A DNA stretch of 64,000 bases from an uncultured archaeon (GTDB lineage Archaea > Asgardarchaeota > Hermodarchaeia > Hermodarchaeales > Hermodarchaeaceae): contig CAYFXC010000004.1 in the NCBI GenBank assembly GCA_964347045.1, positions 32,001-96,000 on the forward strand, in the 5' to 3' direction. Position numbers and translations under genes: made by a program. The notes beneath the pieces were generated by a model, which worked only from the letters and a program-made list of their open reading frames with translations, did no database searches and had not been told where the DNA came from. This document shows, in pieces, positions 18,790-28,302 of this stretch. Within the stretch, counting starts at the first letter, position 1, and each line of letters opens with the position of its first letter.

Positions 18790-20646
18790 TTATTTAGGCC
18801 ACATATCTTCTATAACTCCACTTAGACCCAATTTGGTTAGTAACTTCCGAGTGGGTTTACCTGTCGTTGAATCCCATTGGCTAATTTCATAAAATTGCTG
18901 GAGTTGTTGTTTTAAATTTGGAACTTGTCCTTTATTAGACCCGTGAGTAAAGGGTGTTGCAAGTCCTATTGGCAGGTGATCGTCAGCCCTAGTGATGCCA
19001 CAGCGAATATTAAAAGCCCGTTTCAAGGTCATTGACCTTTCACCAATTTCAAGAAGTTCAACTGGTGTAAGATTTCGACCCGTTGCGCTATTATAAAGAT
19101 CTGTTACGAGCGGAGGTTCAAGAAGAGCTAGTTGGCAAAGTGTGAGAGAGTTAAATAGGGTTCTCCAGTTCCGTAACCTTGCGATTTTTAATCCTTGATT
19201 TCGGTCTGCATGTCGATCACCAGGTTCAATATCAAATTCAGGAATTTCGACACCCATATCTATGGTTTGAACATCACCTTGCATGTGAGAGGCACCGATG
19301 GGAGATACAGCATAGGTAGTAGCTAGCCCAAAGAAAGCCCGCGGGTCATGTAAAGGAATTTCCAGTCCTTTCACATGAAGGGCTAGATCAGGAATTCCAA
19401 GTTTATCAGCAGCCCGCTTAACCCCTTCAGCAAGAATATCCCCCAGCTCCTGGCGATTGACAATCATTTCAATTAGTTGAATAATGGCTTCCCCATTTCC
19501 AAAGTTGAGCTCAACAGACCCAATAGAATCCTTAGGAATTTTTCCTTTCTCGTTTGCCGCAAAGCTGAATGCAATGACATTTCCACAAGAGATAGTATCG
19601 AGCCCATACAGGTTGCAGAGATGATTTGCTTGACATAATAGTGGAAGATTTTCAACCTGACAAAGAGACCCAAAAGCGCCAATTGTCTCATATTCAGGAC
19701 CTGCAACATTCGTTAGTGCTACATTTGATTCTTCAACGGTAATGATTGGACCACACCCAATTGGACAGGCATGACACCGAAATTGTCCTGTTCGGTATTT
19801 TTTCAGAGCGGAAGCATTAATTTTTGAAATATCCATGAGAGATTCCGTAAAATAGCGAACAGGCATACCATTGAAGAGATTCATTAGCATATCGGCACTA
19901 TAGAGAGTCCCGTTCGCTCCTAAAATGGGTGCTAGAATTTCGAGTAGCTGAAATGCAATTCTAACATGCTTTCGGAATGCTTCAGGATCAGCCAATTCTG
20001 GTTTGTGTGATCCTCGTACTGCAATAGCTTTCAATAATTTAGCCCCAAAAACAGCTCCCGCTCCAGCACGGGCACTGGCTCTCCCTGCATCATTCATAAT
20101 CGCTGCGAACCGAACTTTATTTTCTCCCCCTTTACCTATAGATAATACGCGAGTTTTAGGGTCGCTAGTTTCTTTTTTAATGATTTTTTCTGTGTCATAT
20201 GTGTCTATTCCCCAAAGATGATCGGCTGACTTGATTATGGCTTCATCGTCATTGATGTATAGATAAACTGGTGATTTTGCAGCACCGGTGATTAGTATTC
20301 CATCTAAACCAGCATGACGCAGTTCAGCGCCAAAATAGCCTCCTCCCGTTGACTCTCCCCAAATGCCAGTTAGTGCAGACTTGGTACCAATTGCATGCCG
20401 CCCAGTGCATGGAGCTCCTGTAGCTGTAAGAGGCCCTGTGAAAATTGCTACTTCGTTCGAAGGATGAAAGGGATCCAATTCTTCAACGTTCAGCCGATCA
20501 TAAAGTAACCGCGTAGCATAACCTGCGCCTCCGATGAAATCACGAGCATACGTCCAATTGAGTGGTTTTCGTTGGATCCTTCCTTTTGTTAGATCAACAA
20601 GGAGAAACTCACCCATGTATCCCCTCAGGGTGCGCACCTGAATCAC
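18790..20646 (-). CDS. aor: Tungsten aldehyde:ferredoxin oxidoreductase family protein
   Basis: KSALTG, GAVFGAKLLKAI, CHACPIGC, GPEYET, GLDTISCG, HDPR. Confidence 0.9.
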   Translation of the reverse strand: MIQVRTLRGYMGEFLLVDLTKGRIQRKPLNWTYARDFIGGAGYATRLLYDRLNVEELDPFHPSNEVAIFTGPLTATGAPCTGRHAIGTKSALTGIWGESTGGGYFGAELRHAGLDGILITGAAKSPVYLYINDDEAIIKSADHLWGIDTYDTEKIIKKETSDPKTRVLSIGKGGENKVRFAAIMNDAGRASARAGAGAVFGAKLLKAIAVRGSHKPELADPEAFRKHVRIAFQLLEILAPILGANGTLYSADMLMNLFNGMPVRYFTESLMDISKINASALKKYRTGQFRCHACPIGCGPIITVEESNVALTNVAGPEYETIGAFGSLCQVENLPLLCQANHLCNLYGLDTISCGNVIAFSFAANEKGKIPKDSIGSVELNFGNGEAIIQLIEMIVNRQELGDILAEGVKRAADKLGIPDLALHVKGLEIPLHDPRAFFGLATTYAVSPIGASHMQGDVQTIDMGVEIPEFDIEPGDRHADRNQGLKIARLRNWRTLFNSLTLCQLALLEPPLVTDLYNSATGRNLTPVELLEIGERSMTLKRAFNIRCGITRADDHLPIGLATPFTHGSNKGQVPNLKQQLQQFYEISQWDSTTGKPTRKLLTKLGLSGVIEDMWPK

Positions 20647-21317
20647 CAGTTCTTCATGCGCTTCATAAACTCGAACATCTCTTGTTGGGTCTTTATCGCC
20701 TCAAATGGTAGGATAGGTAATTTCATCCTACCACCAGCAGCAGCAGAAGCGAGCAAATAAATGTGAGCAACACGCTCGAGCAATAAGGAATTATGGAGGG
20801 CTATGTCTAATGTAGGACCACAACAGAGAGCACCATGGTTGGCTAAAAACACTGCATTTCTTGGTCCTAATGCAGCGACAACATTCTTTGCTAATTCTTC
20901 AGTTCCAGGCATACCGTATTTTGCCACTTCTACTTGTCCTCCCAGACGGATGACAAATTCGTCGACAATGGGAGGTAACGGTTTTTGAAGTACTGCCATA
21001 GCTGAGGCATAGATACAATGTGTATGAACTATAGCGTTCACATCAGGTCGAGCTTTGTAAATGGCTAAATGAAGAGGATACTCAATTGAAGGATTTCGAT
21101 CCCCCTCAACAATGTCACCAGCCATATTGATGATCATAACATCCTCAGCGCCCATACAAGAATAATCAACGCTACTTGGAGTAATTGCAATATTGTCTGT
21201 ATCCACGATTCGAAAACTAGCGTTTCCAGAACTACCGATGACTAACTCGGCGTTTTGCATGTTCTGACAGGTTTTGAGCACTTTATTTTTGGCTTCTTTG
21301 ATTTTTTCGGGTGTCAT
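20643..21317 (-). CDS. Class II aldolase (FucA/adducin family)
   Basis: SGNAS, ITPS, PSIEYPLH, VHTH, ANHG. Start placed at MTPEK (21317) to avoid a long overlap with the kinase gene. Confidence 0.88.
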   Translation of the reverse strand: MTPEKIKEAKNKVLKTCQNMQNAELVIGSSGNASFRIVDTDNIAITPSSVDYSCMGAEDVMIINMAGDIVEGDRNPSIEYPLHLAIYKARPDVNAIVHTHCIYASAMAVLQKPLPPIVDEFVIRLGGQVEVAKYGMPGTEELAKNVVAALGPRNAVFLANHGALCCGPTLDIALHNSLLLERVAHIYLLASAAAGGRMKLPILPFEAIKTQQEMFEFMKRMKNW

Positions 21318-21345
21318 TTCAATCCGCCAACCATTAAGCATGAAA

Positions 21346-22875
21346 TTATAGATTTGCAGATTGCTTGTATAATGTTTGCCATCTGGTGAAATAACTTTCG
21401 TACTTTTTGTGCACATCCTGGCGGGGTAAAAGCTCAGACTGTAAAACAACCATATTATGCATTGCTTCAGCTAGCGATTTGTACATTCCCGCTGCAGTTG
21501 CTGCACAAATTGCCGCACCCAAACTCGAGGCCTCAGCGACTTTACCACATCTAGTTTTCAATCCAGTCACATCAGCAAGCATTTGTCGCCAAAAACTACT
21601 TCGTGCCATTCCTCCGGCTACCGTACAAAACTCAAACTGGTATGGAGCCAAGTCCTGAATTAGCTCTATATTTGTGTGAATTGCATAACTGATATTTTCA
21701 AACAACGCGCGTGTTACTTCCTTAATCGAAATGGGTGTCACAACAGGTGAAGCAGGAGCAGGAAAAAGAAAAATCGAAGGGCGAATAGTGGCCATATCCC
21801 TTGCGTTCATTATCTGAGGACCTAGTAACGCAAACGTATCGAAAGAGCCCACGGGCGCCTCAGAAGCTAGCTCTTCAAGACGACGAAATGCTAAATCGGT
21901 TGAACCCTTCAAATCCTTGCAAAGAGGACTTAGCATATTCTGCACAAACCAGCTTAGAACCGACCCTGTTGTTCCCGAATTGGCTTCAAGCACCCATCTA
22001 TGAGGAAAGAGAAATCTTCCTGTCCAGAGCCGATTATCTGGGTCTATAACGGGTTCGGATGTCACAAGTTGGACTGGTGCTGTATTACCTGCCACTACTC
22101 CAACATCCCCAGGTTCAGTGGCAGCCGATCCCAAAAGAGCACATTGAGTATCTGCTCCCCCAATGCCAACAACTGAAGCTGTTGACAGCCCAGTACTTTT
22201 ACTCGCCTTTTCAGATACGTTATCAACTAAGGAGCCAGGTTCAGAAATCACAGGTAATAAATCAGCAGATAACTCCGCCATTTCTAAAATTTCAGGTGAC
22301 CATTCTGAGGATTGAATGTCCATGAATTGAGTATTTGAAGCCTGTGTGGGATCAGTTGTAGCTTGACCGGTGAGTTGGTAGACAATCCAGTCACTGATAG
22401 ATAGGACATGTTTAATTTTTGAAAATTGTTCGGGTTTTTCACGTTTATACCAGAGAAGTCGACATAGAGAATATAATAGGGGTGGCCAACACCCAGTTGG
22501 CGGACAGGTTTCCTCCAAACCTTTCATTACTATACTCTGAACAAGTACCCCACGACCATCAAGATTAGGTCCAGCGTAGATAACTGCGCCTCTCTCATCG
22601 AGAAAAACAGCGCCGTGTCTTTGACTCGTAGCGACGATACTGATAATGTCGGAAGGTTTGGATTTGGCATCTCTCAACGCGATAGGTATCATTTTGCATA
22701 TGGTTTGCCATGCTTCTTTGGCGTTGAATTCTTTTCCAATTCCAAAGAGTCCTTCTGAATCGAAATATTGAATGGGTGTAAATTGCCGAGCACGGACTAT
22801 TCCTTTGTGTGAAAAAATCATGCATTTAATACCAGATGTACCAAAATCTATTGTGAGTAATTGTTGTTTGGACAT
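21346..22875 (-). CDS. FGGY-family carbohydrate kinase (LsrK-like)
   Basis: IDFGTSGIK, TSQRHG, GGADTQC, AGGMARS, EASSLGAA. Confidence 0.88.
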   Translation of the reverse strand: MSKQQLLTIDFGTSGIKCMIFSHKGIVRARQFTPIQYFDSEGLFGIGKEFNAKEAWQTICKMIPIALRDAKSKPSDIISIVATSQRHGAVFLDERGAVIYAGPNLDGRGVLVQSIVMKGLEETCPPTGCWPPLLYSLCRLLWYKREKPEQFSKIKHVLSISDWIVYQLTGQATTDPTQASNTQFMDIQSSEWSPEILEMAELSADLLPVISEPGSLVDNVSEKASKSTGLSTASVVGIGGADTQCALLGSAATEPGDVGVVAGNTAPVQLVTSEPVIDPDNRLWTGRFLFPHRWVLEANSGTTGSVLSWFVQNMLSPLCKDLKGSTDLAFRRLEELASEAPVGSFDTFALLGPQIMNARDMATIRPSIFLFPAPASPVVTPISIKEVTRALFENISYAIHTNIELIQDLAPYQFEFCTVAGGMARSSFWRQMLADVTGLKTRCGKVAEASSLGAAICAATAAGMYKSLAEAMHNMVVLQSELLPRQDVHKKYESYFTRWQTLYKQSANL

Positions 22876-22887
22876 GCCATACGCCCA

Positions 22888-23919
22888 TTAAGATGATTTG
22901 AGAACTTCTGGGTTTGCTAAGTATTTGGGAGTTTCTCCCTTTAAGAATCGGTTAATATCCGAGGCTAAAATCATTGATTGTCGATACACTACATCGAGGG
23001 TATTTCCTCCAATATGTGGTGTTACTGTGACATTATCGAATTGTAGGAATCGATTATTTGATCCAACTGGTTCTCGCGAATGAACGTCAAGCCCTGCCCC
23101 GGCAATCCTTCCTGTTTGAATAGCTTCAAACAAAGCCTCTTCGTCAATGATGGCTGAACGAGCTGTATTAATCAGATGAGCAGAAGGCTTCATCCATGCA
23201 AGTTGCTCTTTTCCAATCATTCTAAATGTTTCTGGAGTTGCCCGTGTATGAATAGTGATAAAATCCGATTCTCGCATGAGGGTTTCCAAATCTACTTTTT
23301 TTGCATTCACCTTCTTTCCATGTTTGGCATCAATATTGGGATCAGAGAAGAGAACTCGGGTTCCAAAGCCTTGTAGGCGTTCAGCGACTCGAAAGCCAAT
23401 TTGACCCAAGCCGATAATACCAACAGTACTTCGTCCTAGTTCTCGACCCTTAAGCGAGTCATGAAGTGTAGTAAACTTTTCAGCGCTGTTAATCTCGACT
23501 TGGCCTGATCTAAGAAGTCGATCCATATTGATGAGTTTGCGAGCCTGAGCGAGTATTAAAAGAATTGTCAGGTCTGCAACTGAGTCGGCATTCCTTCCAG
23601 GAGCATAGAACACTGGTACGCGATGAGCGGTTGCTGAGTCGATATCAATTTCTTTGGGACTATCTCGCGCACTTGCCAAGAATTTCAGAGGGAATCCTTC
23701 AAAGACTTCTTCTGTCACCGCATCTGCCTCAACAATGGCAGCATCTGCTTTGACAGCTTTGAGTTTTTCAAGAAACTCTTCACCCCAATAGATATGCCCA
23801 GTAATACGCCAATCTTCATGTATAACAGTAGCATGTTGACGTAGTATTGTGATTCCTTCTTCATGAAATGAGGCAGTAATCAGAATGCGCATATTTCTTC
23901 GCATCCTCAATATAGCCAA
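22888..23919 (-). CDS. D-isomer-specific 2-hydroxyacid dehydrogenase
   Basis: PGRNADSVAD, GLGQIG, INTAR, LDVHSREP, TPHIGG. Confidence 0.9.
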   Translation of the reverse strand: MAILRMRRNMRILITASFHEEGITILRQHATVIHEDWRITGHIYWGEEFLEKLKAVKADAAIVEADAVTEEVFEGFPLKFLASARDSPKEIDIDSATAHRVPVFYAPGRNADSVADLTILLILAQARKLINMDRLLRSGQVEINSAEKFTTLHDSLKGRELGRSTVGIIGLGQIGFRVAERLQGFGTRVLFSDPNIDAKHGKKVNAKKVDLETLMRESDFITIHTRATPETFRMIGKEQLAWMKPSAHLINTARSAIIDEEALFEAIQTGRIAGAGLDVHSREPVGSNNRFLQFDNVTVTPHIGGNTLDVVYRQSMILASDINRFLKGETPKYLANPEVLKSS

Positions 23920-23920
23920 A

Positions 23921-24256
23921 CTACATAAGGATTTGGAGTTTCAATAGATCTGTCATACTTCCTTTTGCCTTCAATGTACCCATGGAATAAGCGTCAAGGG
24001 GACTCAGGTTACCTTGCAAGACTCCGATAAGCGTTCCACTATCCGTGGTAACTAAGAGATTAGGTTTTTCTAATTTACCTTCAGAAAAGGGATCCATTTC
24101 TCCATCATGGATGCGCGTATGGAAACTCGTTTCAAGATCAGAGAAACGGAATTGTAAAGTTCGGTCGAATCCTTCGAACTTAGACTTAGTACCCGGAGTA
24201 TTGAATTTCTCACGAATCCCCTCAAGCACCTTCAAGACCTCGTCTTTTGTTGCCAT
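23921..24256 (-). CDS. SCP2 sterol/lipid-binding domain protein
   Basis: TLQFRF...PNLLVTTDSGTL...LSPLDAYSMGTLKAKGSMTDLLKLQ matches the SCP2 C-terminal pattern. Confidence 0.82.
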   Translation of the reverse strand: MATKDEVLKVLEGIREKFNTPGTKSKFEGFDRTLQFRFSDLETSFHTRIHDGEMDPFSEGKLEKPNLLVTTDSGTLIGVLQGNLSPLDAYSMGTLKAKGSMTDLLKLQILM

Positions 24257-24365
24257 AAGCCTACATCACCTAGTAAACTATCCAATTACTATGTTGGTTA
24301 AAAAATCAATCCCTCATCAGAATTCGTACTGAAATGGTTACATATTCTCCTAATATATCAAATAA

Positions 24366-24725
24366 TTAGATTGGGAGAAAAGGTAAAATGGTCAACCCTA
24401 TCAATCCAACCCCAAGCAACAAAACACCGGTAACTAGAATTACTACACCACTACTCGCTTGCTCAACACGCCTATCTGAGTAATGCCTTGCTGTGTCACG
24501 GGTTGATTGTGGATTTACAGCATATCGCATCGTTGCCATAGCTTCAATAAATGGTGTCTGGAGACACGCGCCGAAAATCAACATAATTACTCCGAGGAAT
24601 AATAAAACCAAAAAGTAACTCGCAAGTGTCCAAATCTGAAATACTAGAAAATTCACAACCCATGCCAGTACAAAACAAATAATCAAAGATACTGTTAATC
24701 GCTTTCCAAAGGAGATCCAATCCAT
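24366..24725 (-). CDS. Small membrane protein, unknown function
   Basis: 119 aa, three hydrophobic helices. Confidence 0.6.
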   Translation of the reverse strand: MDWISFGKRLTVSLIICFVLAWVVNFLVFQIWTLASYFLVLLFLGVIMLIFGACLQTPFIEAMATMRYAVNPQSTRDTARHYSDRRVEQASSGVVILVTGVLLLGVGLIGLTILPFLPI

Positions 24726-24807
24726 TCAGGAACCCCAAGAAATGATGGAAAATTCACGTTTAAAAATCCATGTTAAAGCAAAAGCCAAAGTATAGCTTAA
24801 GAACCGT

Positions 24808-25656
24808 TCAATGACCCTTTAAATTGTGGGCGCATTTATCTTTGTACGCCTCAAAAGCCTGAAACTCCTGCCGCTTATAGATTTCAAGACGGGATAGTAG
24901 CAAATCAAAATTTACTTCATGGGCATCAAACTCAGGACCATCAACGCAGGCAAACTTCATTTCACCACCAATCTCAACTCGACAGGCGCCACACATTCCT
25001 GTGCCATCTACCATGATAGGGTTTAAGCTACATTCGGTTTTTACACCAAAAGATTTCGTGATTGCTGCAACAAATTTCATCATGATTGGTGGTCCGACAG
25101 TAAAGACATAGTCAATTTTTCGATTGGATTCAAGTAGTTCTTTTAGTTTTGTTGTGACGAATCCTTGTGTTCCTTTTGAGCCATCATCGGTGGTGACGTG
25201 GAGTTCATCACTTACTTGGCTAAGTTCGATTTCACAAACAAGGAGATCTTCCTGCCGTGCGCCTAGAATCGTTATGAGCTTATTTCCTGCGTCTTTAAAT
25301 TGATGTGCCCGTGGAAGAGCTTCTGCAGCACCGCAACCCCCAGCAACCACAACTACAGTTCCATAATTCTCTACAGCGGGAGGATTTCCCAATGGCCCAA
25401 GGATATCTTTAATCGTATCACCAGGTTTCAATTGAGCTAGTTCCATTGTGGATTTGCCAACGACTTGAAAAACAATAGTAATAGAACCTGTTTCACTATC
25501 CCAGTTTTTGATAGTGAGAGGAATTCGTTCCCCATGGTCGTGTAGACGATAAATAAGAAACTGCCCTGGACTGGCTTTTGCAGCAATTTTGGGAGCTTCC
25601 ACATCAAACTCGTAGATATCAATGGCAATTTGGCGAGTTGCTAAAACTTTGAACAT
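24808..25656 (-). CDS. sudB: NfnA/SudB sulfide/dihydroorotate dehydrogenase-like electron-transfer subunit
   Basis: PGQF, GERIPLTI, GPLGNP, TDDGS, MVDGTGMCGACRV, CVDGPEFD. Confidence 0.92.
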   Translation of the reverse strand: MFKVLATRQIAIDIYEFDVEAPKIAAKASPGQFLIYRLHDHGERIPLTIKNWDSETGSITIVFQVVGKSTMELAQLKPGDTIKDILGPLGNPPAVENYGTVVVVAGGCGAAEALPRAHQFKDAGNKLITILGARQEDLLVCEIELSQVSDELHVTTDDGSKGTQGFVTTKLKELLESNRKIDYVFTVGPPIMMKFVAAITKSFGVKTECSLNPIMVDGTGMCGACRVEIGGEMKFACVDGPEFDAHEVNFDLLLSRLEIYKRQEFQAFEAYKDKCAHNLKGH

Positions 25657-25808
25657 CTATGTTCTTCTTCCTAGTGATGAGTAGAGGTTCTATGTGGCGG
25701 GTGAATTGACAAATGGTTTAAACATTCCCATTGTTTTACTGTTTTTTCCGAATGAAATGTAAAACCGTTTTGATTTTATCTTACCCTAATTATGTGGTAA
25801 TGATTTTG

Positions 25809-27533
25809 ATGGCAGAGTATGTTCACACATTTGATGCGATTGTAGTGGGTGGTGGGCTTTCTGGTCTACGAACTGCCATAGGGATTAATGATGCAGCACC
25901 TCATCATAAAATAGCTGTTGTTTCTAAGGTTCACCCCCTCAGGTCCCACTCAGTGGCAGCACAAGGAGGAATTAACGCAGCTCTTGGAAATCACCCCAAT
26001 GGAAGAGATGATACTTGGCGACACCATGCATTTGATACCATTAAAAGCGGCGATTATTTAGCAGATCAAAATGCAGTAGAAATCCTTGCAAAAGAAGCTC
26101 CAGATCGTGTTTTAGAACTAGCACGTTGGGGATCCGTTTTTTCTCGGTTTGATGATGGTTCCATCGCCCAACGACCTTTTGGGGGGGCAGGATTTCCTCG
26201 AACATGCTATGCCGCTGACCGAACTGGACATCACCTTTTGCACACATTATTCGAGCAGACTCTCAAGCGAGGAATTCCAATATTTGATGAACATTTCGTC
26301 TTTGACCTTATCACCGATGAAAATCGTTGTCAGGGAGCTGTTACCCTGCATCTACCCACAGGAAAAGTGAATTGTTTTTCTTCTAAAGCAACTGTTTTGG
26401 CCACCGGTGGTTGGGGCCGAATTTTTTCGTGTTCAACCAACGCTTTAATCTGTACTGGTGAAGGATGTGGCCTTGCATTAGCGAACGGGGCAGAATTACA
26501 AGATTTAGAATTTATCCAGTTTCATCCAACGACTCTTTATGGTTCAAATATTCTCATAACTGAGGGAGCGAGAGGAGAAGGTGGATATCTCTTAAATAAT
26601 AATGGAGAGCGGTTCATGGAGAAATATGCCTCAAAGGCAATGGAGTTAGCTCCTCGAGATATAGTTGCGCGAAGTATTCAAACAGAAATTAACGAAGGAC
26701 GGGGGATTAATGGAGAGAATTATGTTCATCTAGATTTGAGACATCTTGGCGCAAAACGCATCAGGGAACGATTACCAGGTATTCGTGAAATAAGTATAAA
26801 TTTCGCAGGAATCGATCCCATTGAATCACCTATTCCAGTACAGCCAAGCCAACATTATTCTATGGGAGGTATACGATGCGAGACTCCAAATGGGAATACT
26901 GCATTGAAAGGGCTTTATGCTGTTGGGGAATGTTCATCTGTGTCTGTCCATGGAGCCAATCGGCTTGGTGGAAACTCCCTTCTTGAAACTGTTGTTTTTG
27001 GAAAACTTGTCGGGCTACAAGTAGCACAAGACATAGACCAGATTCCAGAGGTTGAATCTGAATTAGCCGCAAAGCACCTCAAAGAGGGAAAATCGCGGGT
27101 AGAACGACTACTATCACAAAAGGGAACAAGTTCTCTTAGTGAAATTCGTTCTGAATTAGGATTAATTATGAACGACCATTTTGGTGTGTTTCGAAATCAT
27201 AGGCAAATGAAAGAAGGTTTGAAAAGAATCATGAAACTAAGAATAAACTATGAAAATATTGAGATAACTGAAAAACAGCCTATGTTCAATCAAACCCTCG
27301 TTGGCACCCTCGAATTGGAATATCAGCTAATTCTTGCGGAAGTGGTTGCACGAGCAGCGTATATGCGTGATGAGAGTCGTGGTGCCCATTACCGTATAGA
27401 TTTTCCTAATCGCAATGACACAAATTGGCTTTTTCACATAGTTGTTGGCATGAACAAGCAACGAGAATTAGGTTTTCGGAAAGTTTCAGTTAAGATTCTC
27501 CCAGATTATCCTATAAAGGAGCGTGCTTATTGA
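25809..27533 (+). CDS. sdhA: Succinate dehydrogenase/fumarate reductase flavoprotein
   Basis: [17 protein letters not shown] (covalent FAD His), [30 protein letters not shown]. Start at ATG 25809. Confidence 0.95.
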   Translation: MAEYVHTFDAIVVGGGLSGLRTAIGINDAAPHHKIAVVSKVHPLRSHSVAAQGGINAALGNHPNGRDDTWRHHAFDTIKSGDYLADQNAVEILAKEAPDRVLELARWGSVFSRFDDGSIAQRPFGGAGFPRTCYAADRTGHHLLHTLFEQTLKRGIPIFDEHFVFDLITDENRCQGAVTLHLPTGKVNCFSSKATVLATGGWGRIFSCSTNALICTGEGCGLALANGAELQDLEFIQFHPTTLYGSNILITEGARGEGGYLLNNNGERFMEKYASKAMELAPRDIVARSIQTEINEGRGINGENYVHLDLRHLGAKRIRERLPGIREISINFAGIDPIESPIPVQPSQHYSMGGIRCETPNGNTALKGLYAVGECSSVSVHGANRLGGNSLLETVVFGKLVGLQVAQDIDQIPEVESELAAKHLKEGKSRVERLLSQKGTSSLSEIRSELGLIMNDHFGVFRNHRQMKEGLKRIMKLRINYENIEITEKQPMFNQTLVGTLELEYQLILAEVVARAAYMRDESRGAHYRIDFPNRNDTNWLFHIVVGMNKQRELGFRKVSVKILPDYPIKERAY

Positions 27534-27534
27534 T

Positions 27535-28293
27535 ATGCCCAAGTTCACTCGATTCAAGGTTTTTCGATATAACCCAGAAAATAAACCAAAAAGTCGGTAT
27601 GATGAGTTTGATGTTCCTCTTAATCCTGGAATGACAATTTTAGATGGCCTCTTTTACATTCAACACAACCTTGACCAAAGCATGGCTTTCCGATACTCAT
27701 GTCGGGGGGCAGTTTGTGGGAGCTGTGCGATAATTATCAATAAAGTTCCTCGTCTTGCGTGCCGAACTCAAATTGTCAACTTAATGAATGAGAAGATATT
27801 GGAACTCAAGGCACCATATGGGAAACTTCAACATACAATTGATTTCAATCCAGAACAAGAAGTGTTATTGGAACCGTTACCTAATTTTGAACTTATCAAA
27901 GACCTTGTTGTAGAACTCAAACCGTTCTGGGAAAAACTCGAAAAAATCCGTCCGTGGATTATTACCCAAAAACCTTCCGAAAAAATGTCTCCTGAACTCG
28001 CTCACCGCCTTGATCGGGTAGCGAATTGTTTTCTCTGTGCGCTCTGTTATGGATCTTGTCCTATCAACAATCGTTTTGAGGAGTATGTAGGTCCAGCGGC
28101 GTTAGCTCGAGCTTGGCGTTTCATTGTAGATTCCACCGATGAAGTTACCCAAGAGAGACTAGCGAACCTTAAATCCAAACCCGGTGGGGCTTTAGGATGC
28201 GAATATTTTTACAATTGTGTCAAGGTATGCCCTCGAAAGGTCGCTCCAGCCCTGGAAATTCGGAAAATTCATCAAAAAATGGGAATAGAATAA
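27535..28293 (+). CDS. sdhB: Succinate dehydrogenase/fumarate reductase Fe-S subunit
   Basis: SCRGAVCGSC, CFLCALCYGSCP, CEYFYNCVKVCP. Confidence 0.93.
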   Translation: MPKFTRFKVFRYNPENKPKSRYDEFDVPLNPGMTILDGLFYIQHNLDQSMAFRYSCRGAVCGSCAIIINKVPRLACRTQIVNLMNEKILELKAPYGKLQHTIDFNPEQEVLLEPLPNFELIKDLVVELKPFWEKLEKIRPWIITQKPSEKMSPELAHRLDRVANCFLCALCYGSCPINNRFEEYVGPAALARAWRFIVDSTDEVTQERLANLKSKPGGALGCEYFYNCVKVCPRKVAPALEIRKIHQKMGIE

Positions 28294-28302
28294 TCATAGG
28301 AG

